From Tubulanus polymorphus (Eukaryota > Animalia > Nemertea), in the NCBI RefSeq assembly GCF_964204645.1, contig NC_134026.1, positions 3,991,950 through 4,055,949 on the forward strand: a stretch of 64,000 nucleotides of DNA, written 5' to 3'. The position numbers and the translations under genes were made by a program. The notes below the pieces were generated by a model that had not been told where the DNA came from, made no database searches, and saw nothing but the letters and a program-made list of their open reading frames with translations. Below are positions 35,701 to 50,269 of the stretch, piece after piece (the stretch's first letter is position 1; each line of letters opens with the position of its first letter).

Positions 35701-38700
35701 AAGTATAAGCTTTAAGCCTTAGTTTTAGCCCGTTTTATTTCACTAGCCTATGGTTTAGATGGTAGGCTTTTACGATATTAAATTGTTCGCTTTCGGGGTT
35801 GGTTATTTCATTAGAAACGCGATACGTGAAACAAACAACAGGTCTTCCTTCGTCGGTTCGTTTGCGTTCAGCTTTGATGGAAAACCTACTGATATGCGCT
35901 CCTGCATTTTGTACCCGGTTTCCATGGAGAATGCGAAACAAATTAGATTTTGTTGTAAAGAATAAACCTTATCATACAAAGAAAGATTTTTCCGGCTGAA
36001 TATACACATCACAATTTGTATACATCTGGAAATTTGAGATGTTGATAAAAATACGACCACCGTTGCCGCTTCTGGTATTCACTGCACCTCTGTAACCCCA
36101 GATTGCGTCCAGCATTTTGAACACAAGCAACGGCAGCCAAGCTTTAAGCCAGTTAGTCATGGGTACAGTTTCCATTTAGCCGTCCGTGCAGAAAATAGAA
36201 AGCCCTAACGGTGATTTAAACAGCTTGCGGTTTAGTACGATCCGTGATAAAACCATAATCAAGGCACTTACTGGGCACAGTAGTTTCCCCCATCGGATAA
36301 TATTATTTTCTAATGCCACAACACGATTTACATAGGAAAAAGCTGATTGGAATTTATTTGAAATTCACGAAGAGCTATAGGCTACAGGAATTCTCATATT
36401 CAGGTTTTGCTTAACGAATATTGGTATACAACTGTATATGAAACAATAACAAGTTTTTAGTTTGTGTCAGATTTAGTAGTGCGATAGTAGTCTCTCTAAT
36501 CTGGATGCAATAAATAAATTCATCATTCAAGATGACAGAAAATCGGATGATTCCCTGCTGACAGCGCAATAGAAATAGTGTTAATACGGATTACCGGTAG
36601 CCGTATTTCCAACGAACCAGTCCCTTTCCCCGTCTAAATGACAACGACAACGAAAGTGACGCATTCATAGAAAACACGATATGAAACTGGTTGAATGTTG
36701 TAAAATGTAATAAAACTAATTCTTGTTCGCACGATTTTTTAAGGGGAAAATAATTCCTGAATATGGTCTCGTGAATTCGATCGAAAATACGCGGCGACGA
36801 CAGCTCTTCATCAAAATTAATGCGAAGGTGGAGAAAATGATTTAAGAAAATTTATCTGCTCACTACCGCAATATATCTATGAATAATAAATGACTTATCA
36901 CTTCAGTTACCTACAATTAATCACAACCGGTGCGCAGATAGAATTTCTATATGTTAAGGTGCATTATTGATGACCTAAAGGTAAAAAGCAACTATACAGG
37001 AAATTAGGATTATCCTGGCGATTAAGTAATAGATATGACGAGATGATCCATCATTTTCTTTTCGCAAAACGCACTGGAGTATCCTTAATAGTAGGTTCAA
37101 CACCTTGTGAGGTGCCCCGATATCTTACTGAAGACTTCGTATCTGCACATAATTCATTTTGATATGTAAAATTTGATGATCGAGAGAGTATTGCCGAAAT
37201 TGATTGATTCTCGTTTGATTTTATACGATTTTGCACCGATGCGTTTTTAATTAGCGATTGGAAGGCTGTGGGGGATGAATGGCACAGTTGCTATACTACG
37301 GAATGATTCTGACGTCACTATAGTAAACATTTCTCTAGTATCAAACCCGAAACCAAAGCGTTCAATTAGAAAGCAATCCATCATGCTATTCTCGACGTGA
37401 GCTCTTCTCATTTTTCAAATTATCCCAAAGCATTCGGTTTGTTTTATAAATCAAGGATAATCCGTAGGTTCACTTGGAGTTCGTAAAATTGTTATTAGCG
37501 CTCCGTAACAACCAAGGAATTGTATTACTTAACATCACACATGAGTGCCACACCTTTGATTGATGCGTGTCTACTTTCATTACTTTAAATGTACATAGTG
37601 ACTTGACAAATATGAAGTGCGAACTGATAAATACCGATCTCGCATGGCATGTGGAAATTTCGTGAGAATGACTACGACGTAAATATCTCATTTGAGGTGT
37701 GGGCTTTAAATGAGTTCAGTTGAACCTACATAGTGAGCTGAATAGCTGCATGTGTGGAAATGTCCAGGAAACGGAAATGATGGTGTTCACTATACACATA
37801 TATGAACAAGCCATTGATATCTACAAGTATTAACGCTTAAGTCAAATGCGAAAAATGAATCAAAAAGCAAAACAATATTTCGTGAAATACATTTATTCAT
37901 TCATAACCATCCATACACTTCGGGGAAAATGTGCACGAGCAGTGGTCCTTATGTCAAATGGTGAAACTGGCTCTACGAATCAAAAAAGTATTTGGGAATT
38001 TTGGGTTACCTGCGCTAATAGCATTTGGATAGTTGGTATTAGAGACGCGAAAAGAAGCACATCTAGTATACACTAATGCAAGTTAGATTCGTTGGCTCGA
38101 TTCTCTAGCCATTGATTTGATAGGAAGAACGCGCAGTTGCAGCTCCTACGATCATTTAGATAAGATGGTCTAGAGAAGATAAATGGGGTCCTCGTGATTG
38201 ATATATCAGTGGAGTGAATAGCCCGGTAACACGGGTTTTACTGCCTCGCATTCAGTAGTTCACCTGCAAATAAATCGAACGCATTAGCAGCGGGCCATTA
38301 TGAACGAATGACGTGACATCAAAAGTGTTTTCAGCTTCCGTTGACCGCGAAATTAGTTCATATACGAACGCCATTAACTAGGCAGGTGGTGGTGTTAGGA
38401 GAATTTTATGGCCACAATGAATCTGTAACCAATTTAACTAGGGACGTCTACTGGGGTTTCCGTATTTGAAGAACAGACATTTCTTGTGCGTGGGGCAAAT
38501 TCTGAATTAATCCAATCACGCCTGTCCGATGACAGTGGATTGATTCCCTCTTCCAGTATTCACATATACGTATTAAACCAGAGAAAATCTAATTACGAAC
38601 GACTTGGATAATTATGATTCCTATAGCCGTTTCTTGTGGTTCTGATTAACGAATTTAATAATGTCGCCAGGAAGCAGTGACGATTATGATTCTTCCCTTG

Positions 38701-40545
38701 AGTGCTAATCAGCTCGGACACTCCTGCTGGCGATTTTCGTTGTATTCACGCACAAACACTCATGTTGCAGATTACAAGGTGGCCGGGGAAATGTAGAAAT
38801 ATAATCAGCGAATATAATCACGTTTTGTTAGAGGAAATACAGCTATTCGATTTGGAGGGGGTACAAAAACAACTGAATTTTGACTTCTATGTATTTTCAT
38901 TACCCCACGACTTACTTTTCAATGGTTGGAATTCCAAATCGTGGCCGTTGCATCGTCGCTTTAGCAAGGTCTGTAGCGTGATGCTCAATGCGGCTTCAAC
39001 AGGACCTTTGTAGAGCGAGGACTAAAGCTTTATCAATACGTTTGCACTACTTACCTATTCAAATACAGTATATGGCTTCCGAGACAAAATGTATCATTAT
39101 GTCCAGTGGGCTGCGATGTAAAATATCATTTGTGTACCGACGTACAAAAATTGGGTTATCTTTCCTAAAAGAAGAGAATATATCAAAATCAATCCTTAGG
39201 GAAAACTTTGTTAATGTGAAAAGTATATATGAATTTAAATGACAAATACATTTTCCATGACTCAAGGTTGCAGAAAATAACTTCTTGGAACACAGCTACA
39301 TTATATCCCCAGAGAGCTTGACGTGCTTTTCTTTTTACAAAATATGAGAAACTGTTTAATATCAAATGTACTCCGACTTGTTCGATGCTGTAAAATGATT
39401 CTCATCGTCACAGGAAACAAATTCTAGATCGGAATCAAAATACAAAAAGAGAGAAAGATGTAACCCAATTTAAAAAAAAGAATTTTCCTTACACGTTTTA
39501 AACGTGCTTTCAATATGCATGTATAATATCGAATGGTTTCAAACTTTCGGCTGTATGGAAACGGTGGGATTCTGATTGGATATTCGGAAAAGAATTTGGC
39601 AATTCTCGAAAGGCGTAAATACAATTCATATATTATATACCTACACATTTACCGTGTCCAGTAACACGCATGACATCTCATGTAGTGCATGCAATCGCGG
39701 GCGCAGCATCAGTTGATGCGATGAATCACCATCAACACAACACACGCACACTGCACGAACGAGTGAAACATTAAGAGAAAACGCCGCTTTCCGAGGACAC
39801 ATTCAACTGCGCCCGGAACGTGTAGCACGGATATTAATGATTTGTCACAAGAATCGTCTGTATTGATCTTGGAATGAAGCAGACGATGCGATGGCAAACC
39901 TTCGTAGCGACTTGGTGCTGATGTTGTTCTTGCTGTGAAGGTAGGCTTTGATAAATACAAGTTTACTTAGACGATCAGATGTTGTACGTCCATATAATCC
40001 TCTTATTAGCGTTGTTCTTCGTCTTTTTTCTCATGAGCTTGTTACGTTGTATATTTACATTACTACATCTGCTCGTGAGATATTGTCCAATTCGGCGTGA
40101 AATCGTCATCGCCAGATAGCGAAATCGCATGTATTATGTAACACAAGGAACAGTAAGAAAATCAAGCCCAGCCGAGAAATAATTCACCGACTAGGAATTG
40201 AAAACCGAGGCCTGGCTCGGTGAGCTCTGAAGATATGAATATTTGTTAATCACCGTTATAGCCCGTGGCAGAAGAATTTGATGAAGATTGGCAAACATTA
40301 TCATGATACAATCTCTTAACCAAAGGAAATTTCACCCTGTTGTCGCTGTCTCCAACAACAAAGGTTTACCAAAATATTTATAATCGATACGATGTTTGAT
40401 GTATTCTGTTTGACGGTAGAATGTCAACGTCCATTTTACACAACTATCTACTTATTCTTGCTCTTCGATGATTATTTAATCGATGCAGCTATTTTCAGGG
40501 GTGTATGGCTTATGCTCCGTTAGTGTTGTGAAGACCTTTTATCTA

Positions 40546-40691
<146 letters not shown>

Positions 40692-41577
40692 ATATGCTAG
40701 ATAAATATGATAGATTGCTAGGATTCCTGCATATGTATGATATTTCGTTACATATTTTCTTTTATCACACTGCCTTTCCTTTCCGAAAATATGTACCTTA
40801 CGTAAGAGATTTGTTAGGAGTAGTTTGGGCAGTTTAAGAATCATAGATTTATTCTGTCGTAATATAGATACTGAAATCAGTAAGTACGCGATCGATAGAT
40901 CTGTCTGCATATATTCGAAATTTTCACGAATTCCACGAAAGCTGATCATCCATGTTGAATTGATGAAAGCCATCACGCATGTACTGATTACCGCCAAGTA
41001 GAACCTAACTAGGCGGATTGGCGCTAGCGTAAACTTGTTTTGACCTCGAATGGACGTCAATTACACGACGTTATATCTCAAAATACGAAAACACGGTACG
41101 ATTATTCGATGAGATGCTTTCGTTATTGCATTAGTATCAATCGTCTGTATATCAAGGATCAACACGTAACGAAGATCTGATCGTCGAAACTATTTTTCCA
41201 TTTCTTCCCCTCGCTTTATCGAATCGGTATAGCCTCATCTTATTTCTCGATCCCTATATCTCGGTACGTGTTTGTGTACACCGCGAATACGATTCAACTG
41301 GCCGGGATCTTGTCAGATATCAAGAAATTCAACCGATGAGGAAAACGTAATCCCGTAAACGAGCACTTTTCCGGAGCACTTAAGCAGCTCTGTGCGAATG
41401 CGGTTCGTGTTTATTTTTACTATTGCGAGATGGGTGTTTTGTTCCACGGCGTATCGCACGCCCATATACGGTGGCGATAAATCGCACGAAAACTGAATCA
41501 AAAATTGATCGAAACATAAAATGAATAATTCACGTCTAAACTGTCTCCAATTTACTGTAAAGTTCATGGCATCATCA

Positions 41578-41760
41578 TAATAATAATAATAATCTTTATT
41601 TACATTGAAATTATAACATAATATAACTTTCAGTTTTATACACAATTAGATAGATATATAAATATGTTATAAAAGTTATAATATCTATCGATGAAGGTGC
41701 CCGAGAAGCGAAATGCTTGTAAAAAGGGTCACCTCAACACACTGTTACAATCACACAATC
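41578..41760 (-). mobile_element. Probable 3' end of a non-LTR retrotransposon (L2/CR1-group-like)
   Basis: On the minus strand, AATAAA plus a (TTA)n tail, preceded by a stem-loop (aggtgccc..aagc..gctt..gggtcacct). A similar aagc..gcttgt stem-loop occurs at ~51945-51990. No ORF remains. Confidence 0.35.
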
Positions 41761-42263
41761 ACATACACACTAACATTCATACAAAAGAAAAATCAATAAT
41801 GTAATAAATGGCGAATAATTAGCTAAATCATATAGTTAGAGATTGTGGTATTTTTGAATTTATATTTTTGTTCACGCAGAGATTTAGAAATTTGTAAACT
41901 AAATTTGCATCCGGATTATTCACGATTCATCTAACTCAATGATGTTTCAAAACATTGTAAAATGATAACTCTTATTTATTACATGAATTATAGTCTCGTG
42001 TCTGGATGGTTCGGATGCAACTAGGGTCAATTCTAAGGCAAGGTACGTTTGACCGAAGTTTTAACCGGGATAATCAATTTCTCAGCCTTTCGGTTCTTCG
42101 TGAAGTGTCATTCTTACCATTCAATAATCGATCTATTTTGATTCTATGGTCCTAGCGATAGAGTCGAGGAGTCGCACCAACTAATTGTGTCTTACGTACG
42201 TGGTGATGTATCGTGCGTTTGATGAGGGGGTCACTAACGCTAACTTGTAGGCCTAGTAGCAAA

Positions 42264-42381
42264 CACGTAGAGAAAAGTCCTTATTCGGGAAGTACCCGTA
42301 AATTATGTGACACGTAAGTGTGAACTGTGCCCGTAAATCTAGCAAGAATTTACCCGTAAATTCACCCGTAAATCTCACGGG
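42264..42381 (+). repeat. Cluster of cccgtaaat repeats after a CACGTAGAGAAAA start; possible DNA-transposon end
   Basis: Four cccgtaaat copies plus a cacgtaag variant within ~90 bp. No matching opposite end found nearby. Confidence 0.35.
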
Positions 42382-45300
42382 TCCTTCCTGAGTGCCTTTG
42401 CATGGTATGGCTTTCAACTGACTCCAATGGTTTAGTACCCACTTTCCTGGACCGTAACAGAAAAAAATTGCCTCGTAAAGGTTTTTTTTGTATTGACTGG
42501 AAAATAAGGATTGAATTTTGATATAAGGAAATATTTTGGTTTACGAGTTAATATCAAGTACTCTCAGGATTGAATGGCTTTTACATTCATGGCTAAGGCG
42601 CTTATTTCTAATCTGTCCACATCGTTGACAGATTATATTAAACGAACTAGGGTCACATAGAATGAATCGCGGCTAACATGAATTTCCAGTGCATTGATAT
42701 CTTAAGATCTCCTTGGGAACAACATGGTAATCCAAGGTAGATGTATCTAAGATATCAATTTCGTCTCGGCAACCTTGCATAACCTCAACGAGAATTAAAA
42801 AAGAAAACATTATAGAATCGTCCGTTTGTTCAGCGATGTAAGCAAATGTATGATCTTGAGTATCATTTGAAGGCGTACGATGGGACGAATCTAATCTTTT
42901 AAAATCTTTGAAAGATGTTTTGTTTCCGGACATTATTTCATAGTAGTTTTCTCCGGTCCGTATTTTGTATATCCTATTGTAAAGAATAGAACTAATAACG
43001 ACGGTCACACGATCAACGGCAAGGATTAATTTGCAGTAGAATGTTTCGTGGTTACCAGCAGCATCATTCGTATTCTTTTCTCTCGCGATGCCATGGGCCT
43101 TCTTCTTTATACTCAAGGAAAAGATCACAGACACAGGTCCTATTATCCATTCCTGTCTTTGATTAATACAATCTTTGATTTGTGAATGTTGTCTTGTCGT
43201 GAATATGACATAAATCTTTCATATACGCATTGAAAGAGAAAGAAACTGCCGAAGTAGCTCCGTCTAGACATTTCCGTCAATAGATGAAATAGCTTTCACG
43301 TCTTCCTCTGGCGGATTAACGTTTAGGTTACATCACGTCCAATAAATGATGTTCCGAGCTAGAATTTAGATTTATCCTATGTGTACGCACGGACAATTTG
43401 CTTCTATCGGGTAATTTGTCTGATACAGGTCTCCTGGTGATACAACTCTCACACTCTCGACCACATAATCAACTCATTTCTAGTCGGACATTCGACGCGC
43501 TACGACAAAGTCTGCAACAGAAACATCCAAGCTAAGTGGACGGAATACGATTGGCCTCGGCGCTCTGACATAAGGGTCTTGCCTTGTTTATTCAATACGG
43601 GTTTATGCGCTGTGTACTCGCCATTAGCGGTTTTCGTGTCTGATATTGTCAACAGGCCACGAGATAAGATGTACCCTAGCCCACCAGGAATACGATATAC
43701 TAGCCAAATTTCGATTCCTTTATCACCAGTGATGTACTTATCCGCAGATCCCGCTTCGTTCTCATGCGGCTTTCGTAAACTAAATAACATCTATATCTTA
43801 ATTGTTGAATTTCTAATTGCGCAGATAAATTCCGGGAGTGGTAACATCAAATGGATTTTTGATATTCACCAACTCGGTTAATCCCCGGTTTTCCATCTGG
43901 TTCTGATTCCGTGTTTTATGTTGGTCGCCGATAAAACTTCTATGAAAGCGAATATGAATTAATTTTTCCGCGTCGCATCTCTTCTGTTGATCGGGGGGCT
44001 TTTGTTTTTCAGGACATACACCGCCGTTTTAATCTTCTTATTGCATTTTGTAGATAATCTCGCGGCGGTCGTTCGCTTATTCCCGACAAATACTAACCGA
44101 ATTAAATCGCAATAAGCAGCTCAGGCATCTTCTGAAAATCACTAAACCCGATTAGTGACAAGCATTTACAGTTTTCTATTACAGGCGCTGTCTCACATAA
44201 TTAGACACCCGTCACATCACCTATATCGAAGTCACACGCAAATTCTATTTTTCATTTCAAAGCGATCCGATAGTCATTTCAACTCATCCTTGACGTCATC
44301 GCTCTTAGCATAATACGCGTGTGAACTCGTAATTCAGTGGAGATATCAAACTAGAATATGACAATTCAATTTTCAAACGCTTTTTAGAAATCCGTTTCCT
44401 GCTGCAAAATTCTACTACTCCAAACTGCTACAAAAGTGGTTTTCTAGCTCCGGTCGACCTGTGAAAAGTTAAGATGATGCACAATATCCGCTTAAGATAG
44501 ACGTACGATGGAAATCCCACAATATTTCAGTCAAAATATGAAAGATTTTATGGAAAAATAGTATATATCTTGAGCAACATTTAGCCATCATCAGCTGTTC
44601 TTTAGCCGAAACGTTGCTCAAGATATACACTATTTCATTATAGAACTTTTCATATTTAGCTGAATTTTTGTGGGATTTTCCTCTTTTTCTGGTGGTACAG
44701 AATATTCCCATTTGAATTGGATGGCGGCTAAGGAAATAGGGCATTGGAACAATACGTCGAAATCACGCAAATACGATTACTTCTCCCCGAATTCGTGGCT
44801 ACATTTACCTATGAAATGTGACGTTGGGATTACTTACGTACAAATGTATTCCGATTAGATGAATACCAGTGAGGTGCATATGCGGCGCAGGTAAATCGTA
44901 TTTCTTGCTTCGTCGGAAATTAAATTAATTTCTCGTTTTTGCCTACAGCTTATTCGAATCTTGAAGTGTCTTCGCGAAGGTTGAAGTTGATAAATGCCGT
45001 TTTCATAAAGCAAATGCATTTCACTGGTTTTAGATTCCGCCTGCCATTACACACGTATTTAATGAAATGAAATTAGGGACTCTATTCTCTAAGGCTCACA
45101 CCATTGTATGCCCTACGTAAAAATACACAAGAAGCATTTTCAAGGTTGATTTCGGTTTTTAGGTAATTTTATAGATAATTCGTAAGATCCATTGTAATCG
45201 AAGATCAAATAGCTACTGTTTTTTTATTTGCTGACGTTTGAGGCAACCTAGCCAAACGAACAAACATGCAGCCGATATAGTTAGTCTTTGCACCTGATAA

Positions 45301-48300
45301 GAATATGTAAAATTTGAAGTAGCCCCTCGGAGCAAAATGCTCATTCCGAGTGAAGGCATACGGTTTAGTAGAATCTATATTTTGGTGAAAACTTTGAAAG
45401 AAGTTTCCTCGTGAGGAAGCGTTTTCAGACATGCCATGTTACTGTTAAATTGAGCATTATGATATGTTTCCACTGAAATGAGTATCCTGTGAAGGATTTT
45501 TGCGTTGTCGATTAACATCAATTGGCGTTGGTTTTGCCGGATTAAATTGGCATATAAGTGCAGCCGTAGTTAGATTATTGTTATCGTGTCAGTGATATTT
45601 CCAAACCGCAGCGAACATCAAATGAGAGGGAAACATTTCTCGAACGGCGATAAAATACTCGTGTAAGAGCGGTTAAATGAACTGCGGGTGGTTGTTTGAG
45701 AGAATGTGAGAATTCAGCGTGAATGACGCGAAAAATCATACACATGGTGATAATGTATCGCGAGGGGGCAGGTGCAAATATTTACTGCTTTCGCGAGAGA
45801 ATCTGGTAATCTTCGTAACCTTACTCCGGCCCTTTATACCTGTACTCACTTGTAACCCAACACTGGACGTTGCTTAGAGTACCGTAGACAGTTGCGTCGC
45901 GTCAAATATATTCGTATTTGATATGATATTTATTCTAAACTGACGATTATTCTTCGCGGGATCTCAAAGTTTTTGATTGAAACCGGCAACTTTTTCATCG
46001 CGCCGAGATGTCAGCTACGTAATCCCCTTAAGTTACTATGGTGGAAGATAGTCTCTCAGTGCGGTGAATGATCGCTGTTCGTTTTTATTTCCTGATGATA
46101 TTTGACAGATTTTTGACACGCATCGAGACACCGAACGAAGATGGATGCGCCACAACTGAATTCAGTCGATTTCAGTCGAAACATCGACGTAATTTCTCGT
46201 CATTCGAAAACGTTACACGATTTTGCGAACGGGAATTATGTCAACGTTTCAATCATTCTAATAGCGGTGAATCCCTCGTCACCAGTATCAAACAAGCAAA
46301 CAGTCTGACAGCCACTTTTGGGGCAGATATATCATAACGATTTATACATATCAACAATGATAACATTGACCAACGTTTGCTTGTGCGATAGATCATTCAT
46401 TCGATCTCCTTAAATAACTCTCCGTTATTCTATCACTGTAGTTGGCTTAATGTTAGATTTAGCTCTTATTCCTCTAAATCGATTGTTATGCGATGATGTT
46501 TTGCATTGCACGTGTATACATGCGGTCAGCTGGAAGGCACCGATGGTAGCTAGAAGTAAAGATGCGTCGATTATGACATATGAGGTCCGAATTTGTGCAA
46601 TTGGGACGTGGCGAGAGTTGTGACCAAAACTTAACATCGCTGTATAGAAGTCACGTTCGTACAACTCCCCATGGGTCGAACGAGTTGTTGCCTCGCGTTA
46701 GTTAATCATTAAATTAGTCTGGAGCATTTTAGATGAGCATCGCGGGACCGATCAATCTTATGGTCATTCTGCATGAAATAATACAAATTGTGGATATTTT
46801 CTTTAACCATAATTGGTGTATTTAGTTATTTCGATTGTCACATACGCCAAGGCGCGTGGTTCATTTGGGAGTTCTCGTTGTATCGACCGTGACCACCGAG
46901 GCATCATCCATCATCTAGCTGTAGAAATAATTCAGGAAGAAAGAAAAGCAGAGGTCCAGCACTAGCTCAACATCGAAGACACATGGTGCCAGTCCGAGAG
47001 ATTACTGCGCAAAGCGAAGTTTTAGAAAATCGAACTTTTCTTTTGTAAAGTTTTATGCGGGTAAGTATGGCCTATACGCAGTTCGGGAGGATTATTTCCC
47101 TTTGATTCAAATGTTTCTAATAAGTCGAACGAAGATCAGATGCAATTCTTCGGCCAACTGTGTCCCAAAGACATCCGTGAAACCGAACCATTCATGAATG
47201 TCAAATTACCGACATGCTCGCTATATCATTGCCTATAAGGGAAATGTCACCAAAACAAAACATTTATAATCTTCGTCAACATTTCGAACATAAACAACAA
47301 GTGACTTTGCGGCGACAATACTCGGTAACAACATCCGCTTGCATAATGATAATCTTCGTCGCGCTTAATCCCATGTAAACTGAAACTGCGGTTCATCATA
47401 AAACTTTTTTTCGGGAGAGAATTTATCCAAGGCGTGTCGTATTTTCGTTACTAATTTACCAGAAAACCGGCCTCGCGCGAGGACCATGTTTAAGACGGCT
47501 TAAGACAATCTATTCCTTATTTATTGCGTATAGCTTACAGCTATACACATCGCGCTGTCTCATTAGGAATTCCAAGCAGCCGCAGAAAAAGAAATGAAAA
47601 ACCCGAAATCTACTGCCTTGTTGTCTTAAGCGCCATTGCTCGCGGATTTGGACACGTTATGAAGATATTACTGCCATCCCACCCTTTCATTTCAATAATA
47701 CCATTGCCAGTTGTCAGCCAAGCAGAAGGTGGTTCCATTTATAATCTCAGCATATGTCATCGTCACATAGGTTTAAATCTAGTCGTATGGCCGGCGACAC
47801 TGTTGATACGATACTGTTCGCATAATGTAATAATGGTCAGAGCAAGATGGATGGGCTTGAAGGCTGGGCTATAATTATTGGGGATCATCCATCTGAATGT
47901 CGTACTGACAAGATATGATCGCGTAACTTATTTGACGTGTGATTTTACCACGATCTATCAAATTTGAAACAAAACGAGTAGAAACCTACATGATTAATCG
48001 ACGTATTCTTCGATCTGAATCACACCAGTGTAATTGTATTTGAGGTATAGTTATTTAAAAATATGATAGATCTCGATCGAAAAGCTTTTTTTAAAGTTTT
48101 TTATTCGGCAAGTAACTCGGAGAAAATCTTTCAAATAAGTTTTTAAATTTTCTTTCGGACTTTACTCGTTAGTAAACTTTTTAAAGGATTCTTCATTGCC
48201 GCTGTGTACCAACCTACCGGGGTGTATTTTATGCACCGCTTTATTGCTTTGTTTTATCATTATTCACGGCCTACGGTTTGAATGCAGTGTGACTTATCTG

Positions 48301-50171
48301 TTGGGGGAACGTAGCTCGTGGTGTATAAACTACTCGGATACGATTTAAAGTTTGATTTCACACACGTGGTTTGATTCTCACGCGTGATAAGGTTTGATGG
48401 CGTATTACGTAGCTATAGAAATAAAACATATCGAGGCTTTATCGGTTATTTGTTTTATAAGCAGTGATTAGTGTTTAGCGCGGTCGTGTAGTTGATTCCG
48501 ACGGGTTTCTAGTGAATTCAGCTCTCGCAACTCTTGTGTCGAGAGAGTCTCGGAATAATGCGCAAACACGAACGCACGCCGAGAATGGCCACTGGCGTTT
48601 GAAATTAATTCGACGATCGAGGAAAATGCTGATGTGCGGTGATGAAACTAACCTCGGGATATTCCTTAATTAAATCCTTTTTGAAATCTAGCTCGGAAGC
48701 AATTTTGAATTTCTGATATTCCCGACCTCAAATACCGAGCACGTATTTCCCAATGAAAAGTCATCAAAACCACAAAAAGGTTGCCTTCGGTTCATCCCGA
48801 ATGTCATTTGACAACGTACGATATTTCACGAAATACTGTGACTATTTACTATTCAAATTTTCGTAGATTCAAGAAATGCGCTGCTGGTGTTGATTCAACG
48901 ACGAAATGATCTCTTGTTAAACTTGAGATAAAACTATATGGCAATCTGAGTCTATTTTGAAAGTTGTTTCTCAAGTTGATTGAAATGTATAAATGTAATC
49001 ACAACTCGATAAAGATTGCAGTCGGAAATCTGAGATGATTTAGGGCTGGCGTGGCAAAGCCTTTAACGATATCACCAAGATAAATAATGTCCTAAGAAAA
49101 TCGATATTTATGTGCTTTATGCTCCTAGACCAGGGCAGGATTTTGGAATCATGAATAAGGATATCTTTCTAGTTTCTTTTGGTGAGCCCAAACGGTTGTA
49201 GTGCGGCATCGGTCGCGTCATTCCGTGAAAATCTTCGTAGCTTTCATTTCGTCACCTGAGGTGCGTATAAAAATTCATGTCTCTCGTCGGCGTCTCGTCT
49301 TTTCATCGAGTTTAAGCATTTTCGTTAAATGCTGTCATTAGTTCTTGATCGTTTTCTGATTGACGCTATCGATCAGTAAAGCGCGCGTGATGTCGACAGG
49401 AACTCCACCGGGAGTCCACCTTTTTCGTACGGTGTTAGTTAGTTTTTTTATGTGCATTTGTATTTGAAACCGGCGCAGTGAAGGCATATTCGATTCATTT
49501 GGATTAATCAGATTTCTGTTGCTACAAACGTTGTTGTAACTTGTTATCGCAAATCCGGGTTGATATGATGCTAGGAGACTAGGCAGCGTCGAATGAGTCT
49601 TGATTAAAACTAGCTATCTATATGCAAATCGCGCAAAGTCCGTTACTTCCACTGAATGAATGTCCGTGTAATTACGGTGTCGGGCCTTATCTCTTTGCAG
49701 GCTCGAGGTCTACACGAGGCGAACCTTCTTCTTGACAAAAAAATAACATAAAACAACGTTTTAGCGGTGTTTAGTCAAATGAGCTCTTATCAGTTCAGAG
49801 ATCGTCGCATCGTTACCGTCTCGACAAAGGTAACATGTGGAAGAGACCCATGTAGATAGATACACGTCTATATATCGACAAAACTGTCATTTCCACTCGA
49901 TGGAAACAAAAACCAGAATATATATCATCCGTTTGTTCAGCAGACTGTGCTGGCTGTGGCATGAAATAATCATGCCCGCGTCGCCAGTGATGAGTAACAA
50001 GATTTGTGCTTCTTCCCAACATATGTTGAGAAGACTAAGGCGGCGTTATACTTATACACAAAAATATATAAAGAGGATATTAAAAGGTCAGTAAATTGCT
50101 CGGCCGCGGCGTAGCGGGTTGAAGAGCGCTAGCAGATCGCTAGAAGATGTCATCCCCGCCCCGATATCATA

Positions 50172-50269
50172 ATAGGGCCGTACCTGGCGTTTGATTTTTT
50201 TTGGGGGGGGGGGCAGAGAATCCGAATCATTATAGGGGGGCAGAGAATCCGAAAAGGGCAGCAGCTCTA
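50172..50269. repeat. Small element with duplicated ggggggcagagaatccgaa
   Basis: 19-bp direct repeat, bounded by imperfect inverted ends atagggccg / cagctctat. Confidence 0.45.

Noticed and set aside
42673-43134. 153-aa ORF and other 60-125 aa ORFs between 33 and 64 kb
   Set aside because: Mostly non-ATG starts, no domain signal and no chain of phase-consistent exons. Consistent with chance ORFs.
48303-48385. tRNA-like head (ggggaacgtagctcgtggt...gtggtttgattctcac)
   Set aside because: Both boxes are degenerate. At most an old SINE remnant.
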